A DNA stretch of 64,000 nt. It comes from Candidatus Parcubacteria bacterium. Its GTDB lineage: Bacteria; Patescibacteriota; Patescibacteriia; Patescibacteriales; UBA12075. The position numbers and the translations under genes are program-made. The stretch is taken from positions 131,307 through 195,306 of the forward strand of contig CAWFCE010000001.1 of the NCBI GenBank assembly GCA_963814275.1. Direction: 5' to 3'. The notes below the pieces were generated by a model that worked only from the letters and a program-made list of their open reading frames with translations, was not told the DNA's origin and searched no databases. Numbering within the stretch: the stretch's first letter is position 1; each line of letters opens with the position of its first letter. This document shows positions 26,712 to 36,474 of this stretch, piece by piece.

Positions 26712-28031
26712 ATGGGAAAAAAGAAGATTATTTCCGTCGTCGCTGTATGGCGGACTGGTGCTTATTCGATTTTGGCCGCCATCGCCGTTTTTTGTATTCC
26801 GCTAGCCGTGTCGGCCGCCATCGCCGGCCACGCGGTCGTAAATGAACTGCGGATCGAGGGTGCTTCCGGAGCGGACGATGATTGGGTGGAGCTGTATAAT
26901 CCGACCGCGTCCGCTATCCCCTTAAGCGGCTGGAGCCTGCAGAAATTCAGCGCCGGCGGTTCGACCAAGTATGTCCAGCCTTTGGCAGGTACTTTGCCGG
27001 CCGGGGGTTATTTTCTGGTCGTACGCGATGGCGCCGATACGGCGCAAAGCCTGAAAGACAAGGCCGATCTCCTGGCAGACGATTCCTTTTCCCTGGCAGC
27101 CGATAATGTCGTCTATCTGGTGAACGGTAGCGATGCGATCCTGCCGGCCAGCCCGGACGCGAGCATAATCGATTATGTCGGTTTCGGCAGTGCTTCATTC
27201 CACGAGGGTGCCGCTGCCCCCGCTGTCAGTACCGGTAAGAGCTTAAGCCGGGTGCCGGATGGCGAGGATACAGACGATAATTTTGCCGACTTTGCCCTGC
27301 TTGCCGCGCCGACGCCGCAGAATTCAGGATTGAACGGAAACGAGGGCAATGACCTGACCGGTACTGTCCTGGTGACGGTCACGCCGGATATCGACCCGGT
27401 CCGGTCGGTCACGGCGGTCGGGGCGACAATCGTATTCCGGGTCAATACCGACGGTACGGCCATAGTGGAATACGGGCCGGATGATGCTTATGGCAGCCAG
27501 AGCGCGGAAACAGCGGTTGTCGCCAATAGCGATGTAAGCGTCGATCTCTATGGCCTGTCCTGCGGCCAGGTATACCATTACCGCATCAACGCGGCCAATG
27601 CCGGCAATAGCTCTGCGGATTCGACAGCGGACGCGGAATTTGCCACCCTGCCCTGCGGGATCAGTATCGACGCGCTGACGATGACACGGCCGGGAGCGCG
27701 GGCGAATGACGATTACGCGGCCGGTTGGGAGTGGCGCTTCGACATCACCGTATGGGACCTGTCCGAAACCGGATTGAAAATGGAATTCGGTCCCTGGTCG
27801 GGGCCAATGCCGGTCGATGCCGGGGGAAATATGCGCTATAGCGTCGATAATGGCGCGAGCTGGATCGAGATCGCGGACAATGGCGCTTATCCCGCAAACG
27901 GCGCCGCCATCGGTACGATCGATACTTCGGCCGCCGCCGGCCGCCAGCTGTCGATACTGGTGCAGATGAAAGTGCCGCCGGGGACTTTGGCCGGAAATTA
28001 CGGCACAACTTACGGCATCGAGACCGAATAA
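26712..28031 (+). CDS. Secreted lamin-tail-domain (LTD) protein
   Basis: Signal/TM N-terminus, then VVNELRIEGASGADDDWVELYNPTASAIPLSGWSL, the LTD signature. Confidence 0.75.
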   Translation: MGKKKIISVVAVWRTGAYSILAAIAVFCIPLAVSAAIAGHAVVNELRIEGASGADDDWVELYNPTASAIPLSGWSLQKFSAGGSTKYVQPLAGTLPAGGYFLVVRDGADTAQSLKDKADLLADDSFSLAADNVVYLVNGSDAILPASPDASIIDYVGFGSASFHEGAAAPAVSTGKSLSRVPDGEDTDDNFADFALLAAPTPQNSGLNGNEGNDLTGTVLVTVTPDIDPVRSVTAVGATIVFRVNTDGTAIVEYGPDDAYGSQSAETAVVANSDVSVDLYGLSCGQVYHYRINAANAGNSSADSTADAEFATLPCGISIDALTMTRPGARANDDYAAGWEWRFDITVWDLSETGLKMEFGPWSGPMPVDAGGNMRYSVDNGASWIEIADNGAYPANGAAIGTIDTSAAAGRQLSILVQMKVPPGTLAGNYGTTYGIETE

Positions 28032-28043
28032 AATTAACTGAAT

Positions 28044-28676
28044 ATGACCAAACCGATAACCAGGAAAATCGTTATAATATTAATCTCCGTTTTTCTGCCT
28101 GTTTCCGTGCTGGCCCGCTCGGAGATCACGGGCTATATCAGTACCGATCCGGCGCGTCCGGCCGAAAGGATCGATGCCGGGGCGCAGGATAATAACGGCA
28201 TGGATGATACATCCCGCGCCGAAGACAGGGGCCCCGTATCCGGGGGCGGGGGAGCGGGCATCTTGTTTGCCGAACGGGAGAAAAGCGCTGGCCAGAATCC
28301 GGAAAGAGAAAACGCGGCCGCCGGCAGCCGGCCGGTGGTGCTGGGTTATGACCGCCTGCCGGGCAATACTCTGGTGCGCGACGAGAATGGCCGGATATAC
28401 GTGATTATGGATGCCATCAAAAAAGTGATATGGAACCTCAATGAACTCCGGCAATACCGGGGTGAGCCGATCCTTGATCTGCCCGACAGCGAACTCGCGG
28501 AATATCCGACACGCCGTTTTTATGACCACGCGCTTGTCAGGCGCATCGGTGACGAGAAGGTCTATGCCGTGGCCATGGGGGTGAAAAAACACGTGAAAAG
28601 CCTGGCGGAGCTGTCCCGCGATTATTTCCTTGAGGAAATCCACAATATTATGGCAGAGGAATTTTCCTTATATTGA
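28044..28676 (+). CDS. Hypothetical secreted protein
   Basis: 210 aa with signal-like N-terminus, 12 nt after the LTD gene. Confidence 0.6.
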   Translation: MTKPITRKIVIILISVFLPVSVLARSEITGYISTDPARPAERIDAGAQDNNGMDDTSRAEDRGPVSGGGGAGILFAEREKSAGQNPERENAAAGSRPVVLGYDRLPGNTLVRDENGRIYVIMDAIKKVIWNLNELRQYRGEPILDLPDSELAEYPTRRFYDHALVRRIGDEKVYAVAMGVKKHVKSLAELSRDYFLEEIHNIMAEEFSLY

Positions 28677-28717
28677 GAGAACGGCCGCGACTTTGCGAGA
28701 TTTTGCCGTAAATTATA

Positions 28718-28750
28718 GAAACCGGGCCAAAATGGCCCGGTTTCTTTAAT
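28718..28750 (+). terminator. Rho-independent terminator
   Basis: gaaaccgggcc (28718-28728) pairs with ggcccggtttc (28734-28744), then tttaatt. Confidence 0.7.
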
Positions 28751-28814
28751 TCAATTATAAGAATGATCCAATATAATAAAAACAGGAAATAATCGTAAAT
28801 GTGAAAAAAATCTT

Positions 28815-29486
28815 ATGAAACAAGCAAAACTGGATTTATTAAAAGAAAATAATAACGGTAATGGCGGAAAATGGGTGCTTCTCGGGACTTTCATAGTGAT
28901 CGTATTGATGCTGGGTGGCGTGGCGGTCATTTGGTACGGCCAAACAGGCCGCTTGGGCGGAATCAGCGCGTCCAGTATCGATCGCCTGGCCGATCTGCCA
29001 ACCGGCCAATTCCCGGCTAATGATAGCGCAGGCCGGGTGGCAGGTGTCAGCGCAACCGATACGCCGCCGTTGAAAGTGAATGATCCGTCCGCCGCTACGG
29101 GCACGAACGCGAGTGGTACGCCGCAGTTGACGGATCAGGAAAAAGCGGATATCGAGGCCAAGCTTAAGCAGCAACAGGAGGAATTGAACACCCAGGCGAA
29201 AGAGCTGGGCAAGAATGTCGTGACGATTTTCGCCCGTGATTATGAATTTTCCAAAAAGGAAATTCACGTGAAGAAAGGGGATAAGGTCAAGGTTATTCTG
29301 GCCAGCCTGGGCGGCAGTCATGACTGGGTGCTGGAAGGATACGATGTCCGCACCTCGATCGTAAGTTCCGGACAGGGCACTTCGGTCGAATTTACAGCCG
29401 ACAAAGCCGGTACTTTCACGTTCTATAGCAGCGTCGATGACCAGCGGTCGAAAGGGATGGTAGGTGAGTTCATTGTGGAAGAATAA
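28815..29486 (+). CDS. Membrane-anchored cupredoxin-like domain protein
   Basis: TM segment, low-complexity linker, and a C-terminal ~95 aa (YEFSKKEIHVKKGDKVKVIL...GTFTFYSS...GMVGEFIV) with a cupredoxin-like beta-sandwich pattern. Copper ligands are not obvious. Confidence 0.5.
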   Translation: MKQAKLDLLKENNNGNGGKWVLLGTFIVIVLMLGGVAVIWYGQTGRLGGISASSIDRLADLPTGQFPANDSAGRVAGVSATDTPPLKVNDPSAATGTNASGTPQLTDQEKADIEAKLKQQQEELNTQAKELGKNVVTIFARDYEFSKKEIHVKKGDKVKVILASLGGSHDWVLEGYDVRTSIVSSGQGTSVEFTADKAGTFTFYSSVDDQRSKGMVGEFIVEE

Positions 29487-29579
29487 AATCCGAAAATTTT
29501 AATTGCTAATGTCTAGTTGCTAATAGTGATTAATAAATTTTGCTTAATGAAACTTAAGGGGCAAAAGCGCTCTTTGGTT

Positions 29580-29948
29580 ATGCAAAATAAATTGACACCT
29601 GAACAAAAAAAGATAATATTCGGGAAAGGGACGGAGGCGCCTTTTAGCGGGAAGTATGTGCATCATCACGAAGACGGAACCTATGTTTGCGCCGCCTGCG
29701 GCAGTGAATTGTTCTCTTCGGAGATGAAATTCGATTCGCAGAGCGGCTGGCCGAGTTTTTTTGATGTGGCCAATTCCGGATCGGTTAAGCTCGATCGGGA
29801 CCTAAGCCAGGGAATGGACCGCGTGGAAGTAAGCTGCGCGCGCTGCGGCGGCCATTTGGGCCATGTATTCGATGACGGTCCGGCGCCGACCAATAAGCGC
29901 TACTGCATAAACTCTGCGTCGCTTGATTTTAAAAGAAAAAAAGGTTAA
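29580..29948 (+). CDS. msrB: Peptide-methionine (R)-S-oxide reductase
   Basis: GTEAPFSGKY, CAACGSELF, GWPSFF, CARCGGHLGHVFDDGP, RYCINS. Start ATG 29580 (MQNKLTPEQ) is preferred over the TTG at 29517. Confidence 0.9.
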   Translation: MQNKLTPEQKKIIFGKGTEAPFSGKYVHHHEDGTYVCAACGSELFSSEMKFDSQSGWPSFFDVANSGSVKLDRDLSQGMDRVEVSCARCGGHLGHVFDDGPAPTNKRYCINSASLDFKRKKG

Positions 29949-30006
29949 AATACAGGCAGGATATTAAATGTTTTTTCAATTACAAATCGGGCAAGGGAGG
30001 AAGGCC

Positions 30007-30186
30007 ATGGAAGAACAGATAAAAAACGACATTGACCCAATCGATCCAGGATGCCACGACAAAATTATCGAAAATGACTACGACGGCCAATTGCCCCGGA
30101 CTGTTTGGGGCAAATTAAAATTAGCCTTTTGGGTGCTGCTGATCGTTATTTGCATCCACTACATTTCTTTGTATCCTTTCTTTTAA
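30007..30186 (+). CDS. Hypothetical small membrane protein
   Basis: SD gggagg 5 nt before ATG 30007. One C-terminal TM segment. Confidence 0.4.
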   Translation: MEEQIKNDIDPIDPGCHDKIIENDYDGQLPRTVWGKLKLAFWVLLIVICIHYISLYPFF

Positions 30187-30221
30187 CCGTGGTTTAAGCC
30201 GCCCGGCATAGCATTGCGCTC

Positions 30222-30971
30222 ATGACCGGGCCTTTTTATATTATGCTTTTATCATGCGATCAATTGAAGCGCGATTTGCGGAAATTGGCCGATCCGAAAC
30301 AAGCGGCCGTATCACGGCGTTTTTTCAAGACCGGTCCGGGGGAATACGGCGAGGGCGATATTTTTTTGGGCATTAAGGTGCCGATTCAGCGCCAGGTCGC
30401 GAAGAATTACCTCGATCTGCCGCTTATCGACCTTTCCCGGCTGCTACATTCATCGATTCATGAGCATCGGCTGGTCGCGTTGTTGGTCTTGTGCCTGAAA
30501 TACCGGGATGATGCCGCCGATCCGACTAAGTCGAAACAGTACTACGATTTTTATATTGGCCATATAAAGCGGATCAATAATTGGGATTTGGTGGATGTAT
30601 CGGCGCCTAATATAGCCGGTAACTATTTGCGGGGAAAAAGCCGCGCACCCCTTTTCCGTATGGCCCGGTCGAATGACCTTTGGCCGCGGCGCATCGCGAT
30701 GGTAGCCACCCTCGCTTTTATCCGGGATAATGACTATAGCGACGCATTGCGGATCGCCCGTATCCTGCTTCACGACAAAGAAGACCTTATCCATAAAGCC
30801 GGCGGTTGGATGCTGAGGGAGATCGGCAAACGCGACCAGGCAGTCGAAGAATCTTTTTTGAAGAAATATAGCCGGGAAATGCCGCGCACTATGCTGCGCT
30901 ACGCGATCGAAAGGTTTCCGGAGGATAAACGCCGTTTGTATTTAGATCCCAAGACAATCAAAAAACAATAA
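30222..30971 (+). CDS. DNA alkylation repair protein (AlkC/AlkD-like HEAT-repeat glycosylase family)
   Basis: LADPKQAAVSRRFFKTGPGEYGEGDIFLGIKVP, NNWDLVD, WPRR.A, and WMLRE. This pattern is typical of the DNA_alkylation family. Confidence 0.7.
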   Translation: MTGPFYIMLLSCDQLKRDLRKLADPKQAAVSRRFFKTGPGEYGEGDIFLGIKVPIQRQVAKNYLDLPLIDLSRLLHSSIHEHRLVALLVLCLKYRDDAADPTKSKQYYDFYIGHIKRINNWDLVDVSAPNIAGNYLRGKSRAPLFRMARSNDLWPRRIAMVATLAFIRDNDYSDALRIARILLHDKEDLIHKAGGWMLREIGKRDQAVEESFLKKYSREMPRTMLRYAIERFPEDKRRLYLDPKTIKKQ

Positions 30972-31038
30972 ACAACGCTTTGCCGGAAGTTCCAGGCCAA
31001 TGTTGTCATAAGGGCCATTTTTGGCTACAATATAGTAA

Positions 31039-31722
31039 ATGGATACCAAGAAAAAACCTAAGGCGATATACCTGGCTGCCCTGGCCATAGGAATCGCAGG
31101 GGCAGCGGCTATATACTTTTTTCTCGATATAGTGGAAGTGACCGTCCCGCATAGCGATGCTTTGCCGATCCAGGCGATATTCGGCGATAAGATCGTCTAT
31201 ACTACCGCGCAGGACATCGATACCGCGGAGATCCGCGCGGATTGCGATGACCGGGGAGGAAGTTTTAACGAGTGCGGATCGGTCTGCCCCAATGACGAGG
31301 CGTCATGCGTCGACACCTGCGCCTATACCTGCGAATTGGACGAAGCGTCAAGGCAGAATCCCAATATGGCGACAGTACCGGAACAATTCACCGCCCAGAC
31401 CGCGGCGCTCAAGCCCTCTGACGGATCGGCAAATCAGGGCATCGCCACCAGGGATTATGATGGTAGTTCGTTCATCCATACCCTGACCGCCAAACTGCCG
31501 CCGCCAGCGGACGGCAGCCGGTACGCCGGCTGGCTGATAGACGATAATGACCGCGTGATATGGACGGGCGCGCTGGACCGTTCCGGCGGCGGTTACGCGC
31601 TTACCTATACTTCCACGCAAGATTTGCGGCCATACGGGAATGTTTTGATATCCCTGGAAAAGATTGGGGAAAAGACAGACAGGCCGGGGATGGATATAAT
31701 GCTTAGTGGCGTTTTTAAGTAA
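31039..31722 (+). CDS. Hypothetical membrane-anchored protein
   Basis: 227 aa with N-terminal TM segment, a Cys-rich segment and a C-terminal beta-rich region. Confidence 0.6.
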   Translation: MDTKKKPKAIYLAALAIGIAGAAAIYFFLDIVEVTVPHSDALPIQAIFGDKIVYTTAQDIDTAEIRADCDDRGGSFNECGSVCPNDEASCVDTCAYTCELDEASRQNPNMATVPEQFTAQTAALKPSDGSANQGIATRDYDGSSFIHTLTAKLPPPADGSRYAGWLIDDNDRVIWTGALDRSGGGYALTYTSTQDLRPYGNVLISLEKIGEKTDRPGMDIMLSGVFK

Positions 31723-31865
31723 TATTTTTTGATTGGTCTGTCCGGGGATAATATATTTGATATTGTTTATGGAAATTTGAAATGGGCAGCATAAAATTGG
31801 AATTTTAGTTTTTGATTACCGGGCCAATCCCTAATATCGAGTTGCCAGTTTCCAGTATCGTAAAT

Positions 31866-32510
31866 ATGAAAAAAATCGTAATCATTTTATCTTTGCTGTT
31901 TGTCGTGATTTTTGTCGGCTTATTCATGATGGTGTCGGTCATATTACCCGACATCATTCCGGTATTGAAGCGGCAGAAGAATCCAGCATCTTTATCGGAC
32001 AAAACCTTTTTAACGGATAGCGGCGATATGGACGATCCGGAAACGGATTCAAGGGCGCCGGTCACGGTCGATTTGCCCGATATGAACAGTTATATAAGTA
32101 GCCCGCTGACGATTTCCGGTACCGCACCGGGCGTTTGGTTTGTCGATAACGGATTCCCGGTAAATCTCCTGGACGGAACCGGCCGCCGGCTTGCTCTTGG
32201 TTCCGCCCGCCCGGAAGGAGTCTGGAGCAAGGATTCCCTGGTGCCGTTTACGGCTGAATTGGAGTTCGTGCCGCCGGCCACGGAAGACGGATCCCTGGTC
32301 TTCTCGTCTGCCGCCGTCCAGAACGGGAATGAAAGCGACAGTCGATATAGCGTTACAGTGCATTTTGCCGAAACCACTGCCCAAGCCGGCGAAACGTGCC
32401 AGATTGACTCTGACTGCCAGGTCCCGCCTGCCTTTGCCTTGCGCTCGAACTGTCCGTATGAAGCGAAATGCCTTTATGAAAAATGCACGGTGGTTTGCGA
32501 ATTGAAATAG
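31866..32510 (+). CDS. Membrane-anchored Gmad2-type Ig-like domain protein with Cys-rich C-terminus
   Basis: Start ATG 31866 (MKKIVIILSLLF). SPLTISGTAPGVWFVDNGFPVNLLDGTGRRL...FTAELEF resembles the Gmad2 Ig-like fold also seen in the 49710 ORF. Confidence 0.6.
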   Translation: MKKIVIILSLLFVVIFVGLFMMVSVILPDIIPVLKRQKNPASLSDKTFLTDSGDMDDPETDSRAPVTVDLPDMNSYISSPLTISGTAPGVWFVDNGFPVNLLDGTGRRLALGSARPEGVWSKDSLVPFTAELEFVPPATEDGSLVFSSAAVQNGNESDSRYSVTVHFAETTAQAGETCQIDSDCQVPPAFALRSNCPYEAKCLYEKCTVVCELK

Positions 32511-32542
32511 CACATTCTATAGCACATTCTATAGCACATTCC
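32509..32542 (+). repeat. 12-bp tandem repeat (agcacattctat, 2.8 copies) overlapping the stop codon
   Basis: Direct reading of 32509-32542. Confidence 0.9.
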
Positions 32543-32604
32543 GCTAAAATATTTGCCCCGAATTAGGATTCGACAAATTTGCGATAATTTTTAAGGATAT
32601 ATAT

Positions 32605-32770
32605 CTGCCATCCTGGAGGCCGCAGGCCGATAGGACCCCGTGCCATATAGCACCGTTCAAGAATTACCGCGGATTAATTAAACGCGCCACCCTGCAATAT
32701 CCCGGGCAATACAACGCCCGTCGCACGCGCGTCGGGGTCCTATCGTCCCTCCGGGACTCCAGGAAGCCAG
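32605..32770 (+). mobile_element. Family-3 TIR-bounded non-coding element (MITE/REPIN-like), copy A
   Basis: The 5' end ccatcctggaggccgcaggccgataggaccccg faces the 3' end cggggtcctatcgtccctccgggactccaggaag. The first ~85 nt match the reverse complement of 36290-36381. Confidence 0.6.
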
Positions 32771-32968
32771 GTGGAAACAGCAGATCATCCCGAATACCCG
32801 GATCCAGGGCGGGGGTATTGATAAGCTAATCCGGATTTTCCGGATTTTTTGTTTGGGAAAATCACAAAGACGTAAATTATAAATTAAGTAGGATTTGACA
32901 TTAAATATTGCCTGGAAATAGATTTTATTGTATTATTAAACAAAATTTAATATGGTAATAAGCGGCCT

Positions 32969-34636
32969 ATGAGCAGGAAAACTTTATATATAATTATCGG
33001 TTTGGTAATTGTTGCATTTGGGGCGCTTTGGTGGCGCTACGCCGGCGGAAATGTTTTTGCGGTCAATACGGTGATGAGCAAAGATTATACCATTGCCACC
33101 GGCGATAAAGCGACGATTAAGGACGGAGCAGTCTTGACTATCCAGGGGGATCTGTCGGTAAATGGCGAAATCAATTGCCAAAACGGGCCGATCCGCCTCG
33201 TGGTAAACGGCAATGTCCGGATAAACGGAAAAATGGACTGCGACCGGGGAAATTTGCTGGCAGACGGCGACATTGGAGCCGGGATCGTGATAGTCGCCCG
33301 GGGCGGGCTGACTCTGGCGCCGGAAGCGTTACTGGAAACCAACGGCCATGTCATCATCGTCGATCAATACGAGAATATACCGCAAAGCCGGACGGAAATA
33401 GATGAATTATACGATTCTGTCGCACGGGACAGGGGTAACGGCAACCGGGTCGGGCCTTTTGTCCCGGCCGAATCGGAAGGATTGCCGCAAATCGGCCTTT
33501 TGGATAAGCCGGCTGAATACGGAATTGAGACGGCACCAGCTACCCGTTATTTTTCATTTGGTATACCGGCCGCGCTGGCTGCCGGCGGCCCGATCAATTT
33601 AGGCGGCCGTATGGTTATCGATACCCCGCCAGCCGGAATCAAGCCCTTGGTCGTGCTGCAGGCGCTCAATGTTCCCTCTATCGGTTTGTCCCAGTTCGAA
33701 CTCGTCGGGCCGGATAGCCGTGACGGCAAAGACGATATCGGCGAAAATTGCCGGGCGACAGGGGCTGACGGTCAGGACAGCCTGCGCCTGCTGGTGGAGG
33801 CGCCGATCGTGATCATTAACGGTTTCGACCTTAGTCTGGGCCAAGCCGGCAACGGCGGCAAAGCGGAGACAAAAAAGGATTGCCCGGACGCAATCGCCCG
33901 CGGCGGTACGGGCGGACAGAGCGGCAATTTCAAGATCGTCGGCGGCAAAACCCTGGATATCAGCGGCGGTTTTCTGATCGATCCGGGCCAGGCCGGCAAC
34001 GGCGGCGAAGCGCTTGCTTATGGCAAAGACGGCGATATGGGGGAGGCGGGGGGAAACGCGATCGCAATCGGCGGCGAAACGGAAAATAACCGTAAAGCCG
34101 TGCGGCTGGTCGGCTCGGTCGGCGGGATCGATAATTTGGCGATCGGCAGCATGTCCGGCGGCAGCGGCGGCGATGCCCGGGCCGAAGGCGGCAGCGGCGG
34201 CAGCGGCGAAGCTTGCCGAAGGGGCGGCAACGGCGGCGATGCCCGGGCCGAAGGCGGCAGCGGCGGATCAGCCTGGATATACCTGAGGGGCGGAGGGATA
34301 TCGCGGACCGAAGATGCCAGGGATACCGGCGGCAGCGGCGGATCGGTAAGCGCGAACGGCGGCAGCGGCGGTGACGGCGGCGCTTGCGATGGGGTAAGTC
34401 CCGGCGGTAACGGCAGAAATGGCGGCGCAAGCGAGGTCGTACCCGGTTTGGCCGGATTGGGACAGTATCAAAGCGGCAATGGCGGAGCGGTTACCGGCAA
34501 TGCCGGCGGAGACGGCGGAGACGGCGGCAATGGTTGTCCGCCAGGGCAGGGCGGGACTGCCGGCCAAGGAGATCCGGCCGGCAAGGATGGACTTCCCGGA
34601 AACGATATCTGCCAGGAGGCCGAACCCGCGGAATAA
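32969..34636 (+). CDS. Membrane-anchored Gly-rich repeat protein (beta-helix-like N-terminal half, GGxGG-rich C-terminal half)
   Basis: 555 aa with N-terminal TM segment. Repeated GGDARAEGGSGGSG blocks are encoded by direct DNA repeats about 66 nt apart (around 34165 and 34231). Confidence 0.7.
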   Translation: MSRKTLYIIIGLVIVAFGALWWRYAGGNVFAVNTVMSKDYTIATGDKATIKDGAVLTIQGDLSVNGEINCQNGPIRLVVNGNVRINGKMDCDRGNLLADGDIGAGIVIVARGGLTLAPEALLETNGHVIIVDQYENIPQSRTEIDELYDSVARDRGNGNRVGPFVPAESEGLPQIGLLDKPAEYGIETAPATRYFSFGIPAALAAGGPINLGGRMVIDTPPAGIKPLVVLQALNVPSIGLSQFELVGPDSRDGKDDIGENCRATGADGQDSLRLLVEAPIVIINGFDLSLGQAGNGGKAETKKDCPDAIARGGTGGQSGNFKIVGGKTLDISGGFLIDPGQAGNGGEALAYGKDGDMGEAGGNAIAIGGETENNRKAVRLVGSVGGIDNLAIGSMSGGSGGDARAEGGSGGSGEACRRGGNGGDARAEGGSGGSAWIYLRGGGISRTEDARDTGGSGGSVSANGGSGGDGGACDGVSPGGNGRNGGASEVVPGLAGLGQYQSGNGGAVTGNAGGDGGDGGNGCPPGQGGTAGQGDPAGKDGLPGNDICQEAEPAE

Positions 34637-34749
34637 TATCTCTAAAATTCCTAGATTATAATTTAGGATTTTAAAAGTCTTTAAAATGAATATCGTTCGT
34701 ATTTGATATATCAGCGTAATTAAGTAATAAGCATATTTATAGGCCATAG

Positions 34750-34770
34750 TCGCCCTCCGGCGATTTTTTT
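34750..34770 (+). terminator. Short terminator candidate
   Basis: tcgcc-ctcc-ggcga followed by ttttttt. Confidence 0.5.
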
Positions 34771-34813
34771 GTTATAATTATTATGCCTTTCGTTAAAATT
34801 TCAAAAAGGATTT

Positions 34814-35422
34814 ATGCTGAAAGACAAATATAATATCTGGGAAAACATCAAGGCCGGGATCAATGCCACCCTGCCGATCCTGATTCTGGTCGCCCTCCTG
34901 TCCTGGGGGGTTAAATTGATATTCAAACTGATCCAGCCTTTCGTCGTATTAATGGCGCCGCGGGCTCAGGACCAAACCGTATTCGTAAAAACCGCAGCTC
35001 TCATTTTGGTGCTGTTTATCGTATTTTTGGTCGGCTTGCTTCTTCGTACCCCGCGCGGCCGCCGCCGCTTCGCCCGGGTGGAAACGAAGCTTTTCATGAT
35101 CCTGCCCGGTTATAGCCTAATTAAAGAAGTATTTCTGCAATTGATCGGCACTAAAAAAATGCCGTTTTCCCGGGTGGCCCTGGTCAATCCGTACGGCAAT
35201 GCCACGCGCCAGATAGGTTTTATCACCGATGAGCATGCCGATGGCAGTTTTTCCGTATTTGTCCCCACCGGGCCGAATCCCACTTCCGGAAATATTTTCA
35301 TCCTTTCCCCGAGCCAGGTCCGGCCGATCGATGTACCGGTCGAACAAGTAATGAAGGCGATCATCGGTTGCGGCCTGGGCAGCGGAAGCGTGGTGGGCGG
35401 CAGGAAAAAAGAAGAATATTGA
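34814..35422 (+). CDS. DUF502-family membrane protein
   Basis: Two TM segments, PGYSLIKEVF, and FVPTGPNPTSGNIF, which are characteristic DUF502 motifs. Confidence 0.65.
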   Translation: MLKDKYNIWENIKAGINATLPILILVALLSWGVKLIFKLIQPFVVLMAPRAQDQTVFVKTAALILVLFIVFLVGLLLRTPRGRRRFARVETKLFMILPGYSLIKEVFLQLIGTKKMPFSRVALVNPYGNATRQIGFITDEHADGSFSVFVPTGPNPTSGNIFILSPSQVRPIDVPVEQVMKAIIGCGLGSGSVVGGRKKEEY

Positions 35423-35575
35423 AGCGACTGGATACTTTGTTACCATTTTCGGCCCGATTCGTTATATTATTTATAACGACTTTTTTATTTTAGCGAATTA
35501 TTGTATGCTTAAGGCAAGGGATAAGCGGGCAATAGCCGCCAGTCGAAAGCCCTTATATATTAAGTTCGCACTAAC

Positions 35576-36136
35576 ATGGAAACAATTGAAATCAAGGCGA
35601 TCGAAGCCTGTCAGGCTGGCCAGCTAGATAAGTTCGGCCTGCTTTACGACAAGTATATCAAAAAGATATACGATTTTGTGTTTTATCGGACGGGGCACAA
35701 AGAAACCGCCGAAGATATCGTGAGCCATGTATTTCTGAAAGCAATCGGAAAGATCGGCGGATTTCAGATGGGCGAAGGCACATTCCAGGCCTGGCTCTAC
35801 CGGATCGCCCGCAATGCGGTAATCGACCATTACCGCACCGCCAAACAGCACGATAATCTCGATGACCATGCCGGTTTGGCCGGCAGCGGCGACGCGGACG
35901 GTGAAATCGATGCCAGGGAAAAACTTAAGGAGATCCGGAATTATCTGGCCAAGTTGAGCCCCGAACAGCGGGATATCATCACGATGCGGGTATGGCAGGA
36001 GATGAGCTACGCGGAAATCGCCGAGATCATGGGCAAAAGCGAAGCCAGCTGCAAGATGATGTATTCACGGACTATCACCAAATTAAGGGAAGAAGTACCG
36101 CTGATTATTCTCGTTTTATTTTTATTACAAAATTAG
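35576..36136 (+). CDS. ECF-type RNA polymerase sigma-70 family factor
   Basis: Region 2 (FGLLYDKYIKKIYDFVFYRTGHKETAEDIVSHVFLKA, FQAWLYRIARNAVIDHYR) and region 4 (EQRDIITMRVWQEMSYAEIAEIMGKSEASCKMMYSR). Confidence 0.9.
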   Translation: METIEIKAIEACQAGQLDKFGLLYDKYIKKIYDFVFYRTGHKETAEDIVSHVFLKAIGKIGGFQMGEGTFQAWLYRIARNAVIDHYRTAKQHDNLDDHAGLAGSGDADGEIDAREKLKEIRNYLAKLSPEQRDIITMRVWQEMSYAEIAEIMGKSEASCKMMYSRTITKLREEVPLIILVLFLLQN

Positions 36137-36229
36137 CCAGATCGCGAATTCATGAATCCGATCAAGCCAGCCTGCTCGCATGGTAATTCCGCAATTCAAT
36201 ATAACCATATTTAAGCGGTTGCATTGTTC

Positions 36230-36381
36230 CTGTCATCCTGGAGCCCCCGCAGGGGCGCGTACGGCCAAACCGCGGTTACCCGCGAATATCATTTTGTGGC
36301 GCGTTAAATTAATCGGTGGTAATTATTGAACGGTGCAAAGTGGCACGGGGTCCTTTCGGCCTGCGGCCTCCAGGATGACAG
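36230..36381 (-). mobile_element. Family-3 TIR-bounded non-coding element, copy B (inverted relative to copy A)
   Basis: Perfect 14-bp terminal inverted repeat ctgtcatcctggag / ctccaggatgacag, extending imperfectly to about 24 bp. It lies between the sigma gene and the downstream membrane-protein gene. Confidence 0.7.
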
Positions 36382-36474
36382 AAATGTATTGGCAGTAAAT
36401 TTGCTAGCTTTAATGATTACTATATTTATTAAGTTACCTTTTCAATCATTGTCCGTTATATAAGGCAGAACCAT

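Noticed and set aside
33960-34430. Multiple overlapping ORFs in all frames within 33.0-34.7 kb (for example 33960-34430 minus and 34014-34286 plus).
   Set aside because: They are a by-product of the GC-rich GGC/GGN repeat of the Gly-rich gene. Only the 555-aa frame has an N-terminal anchor and a coherent domain pattern.
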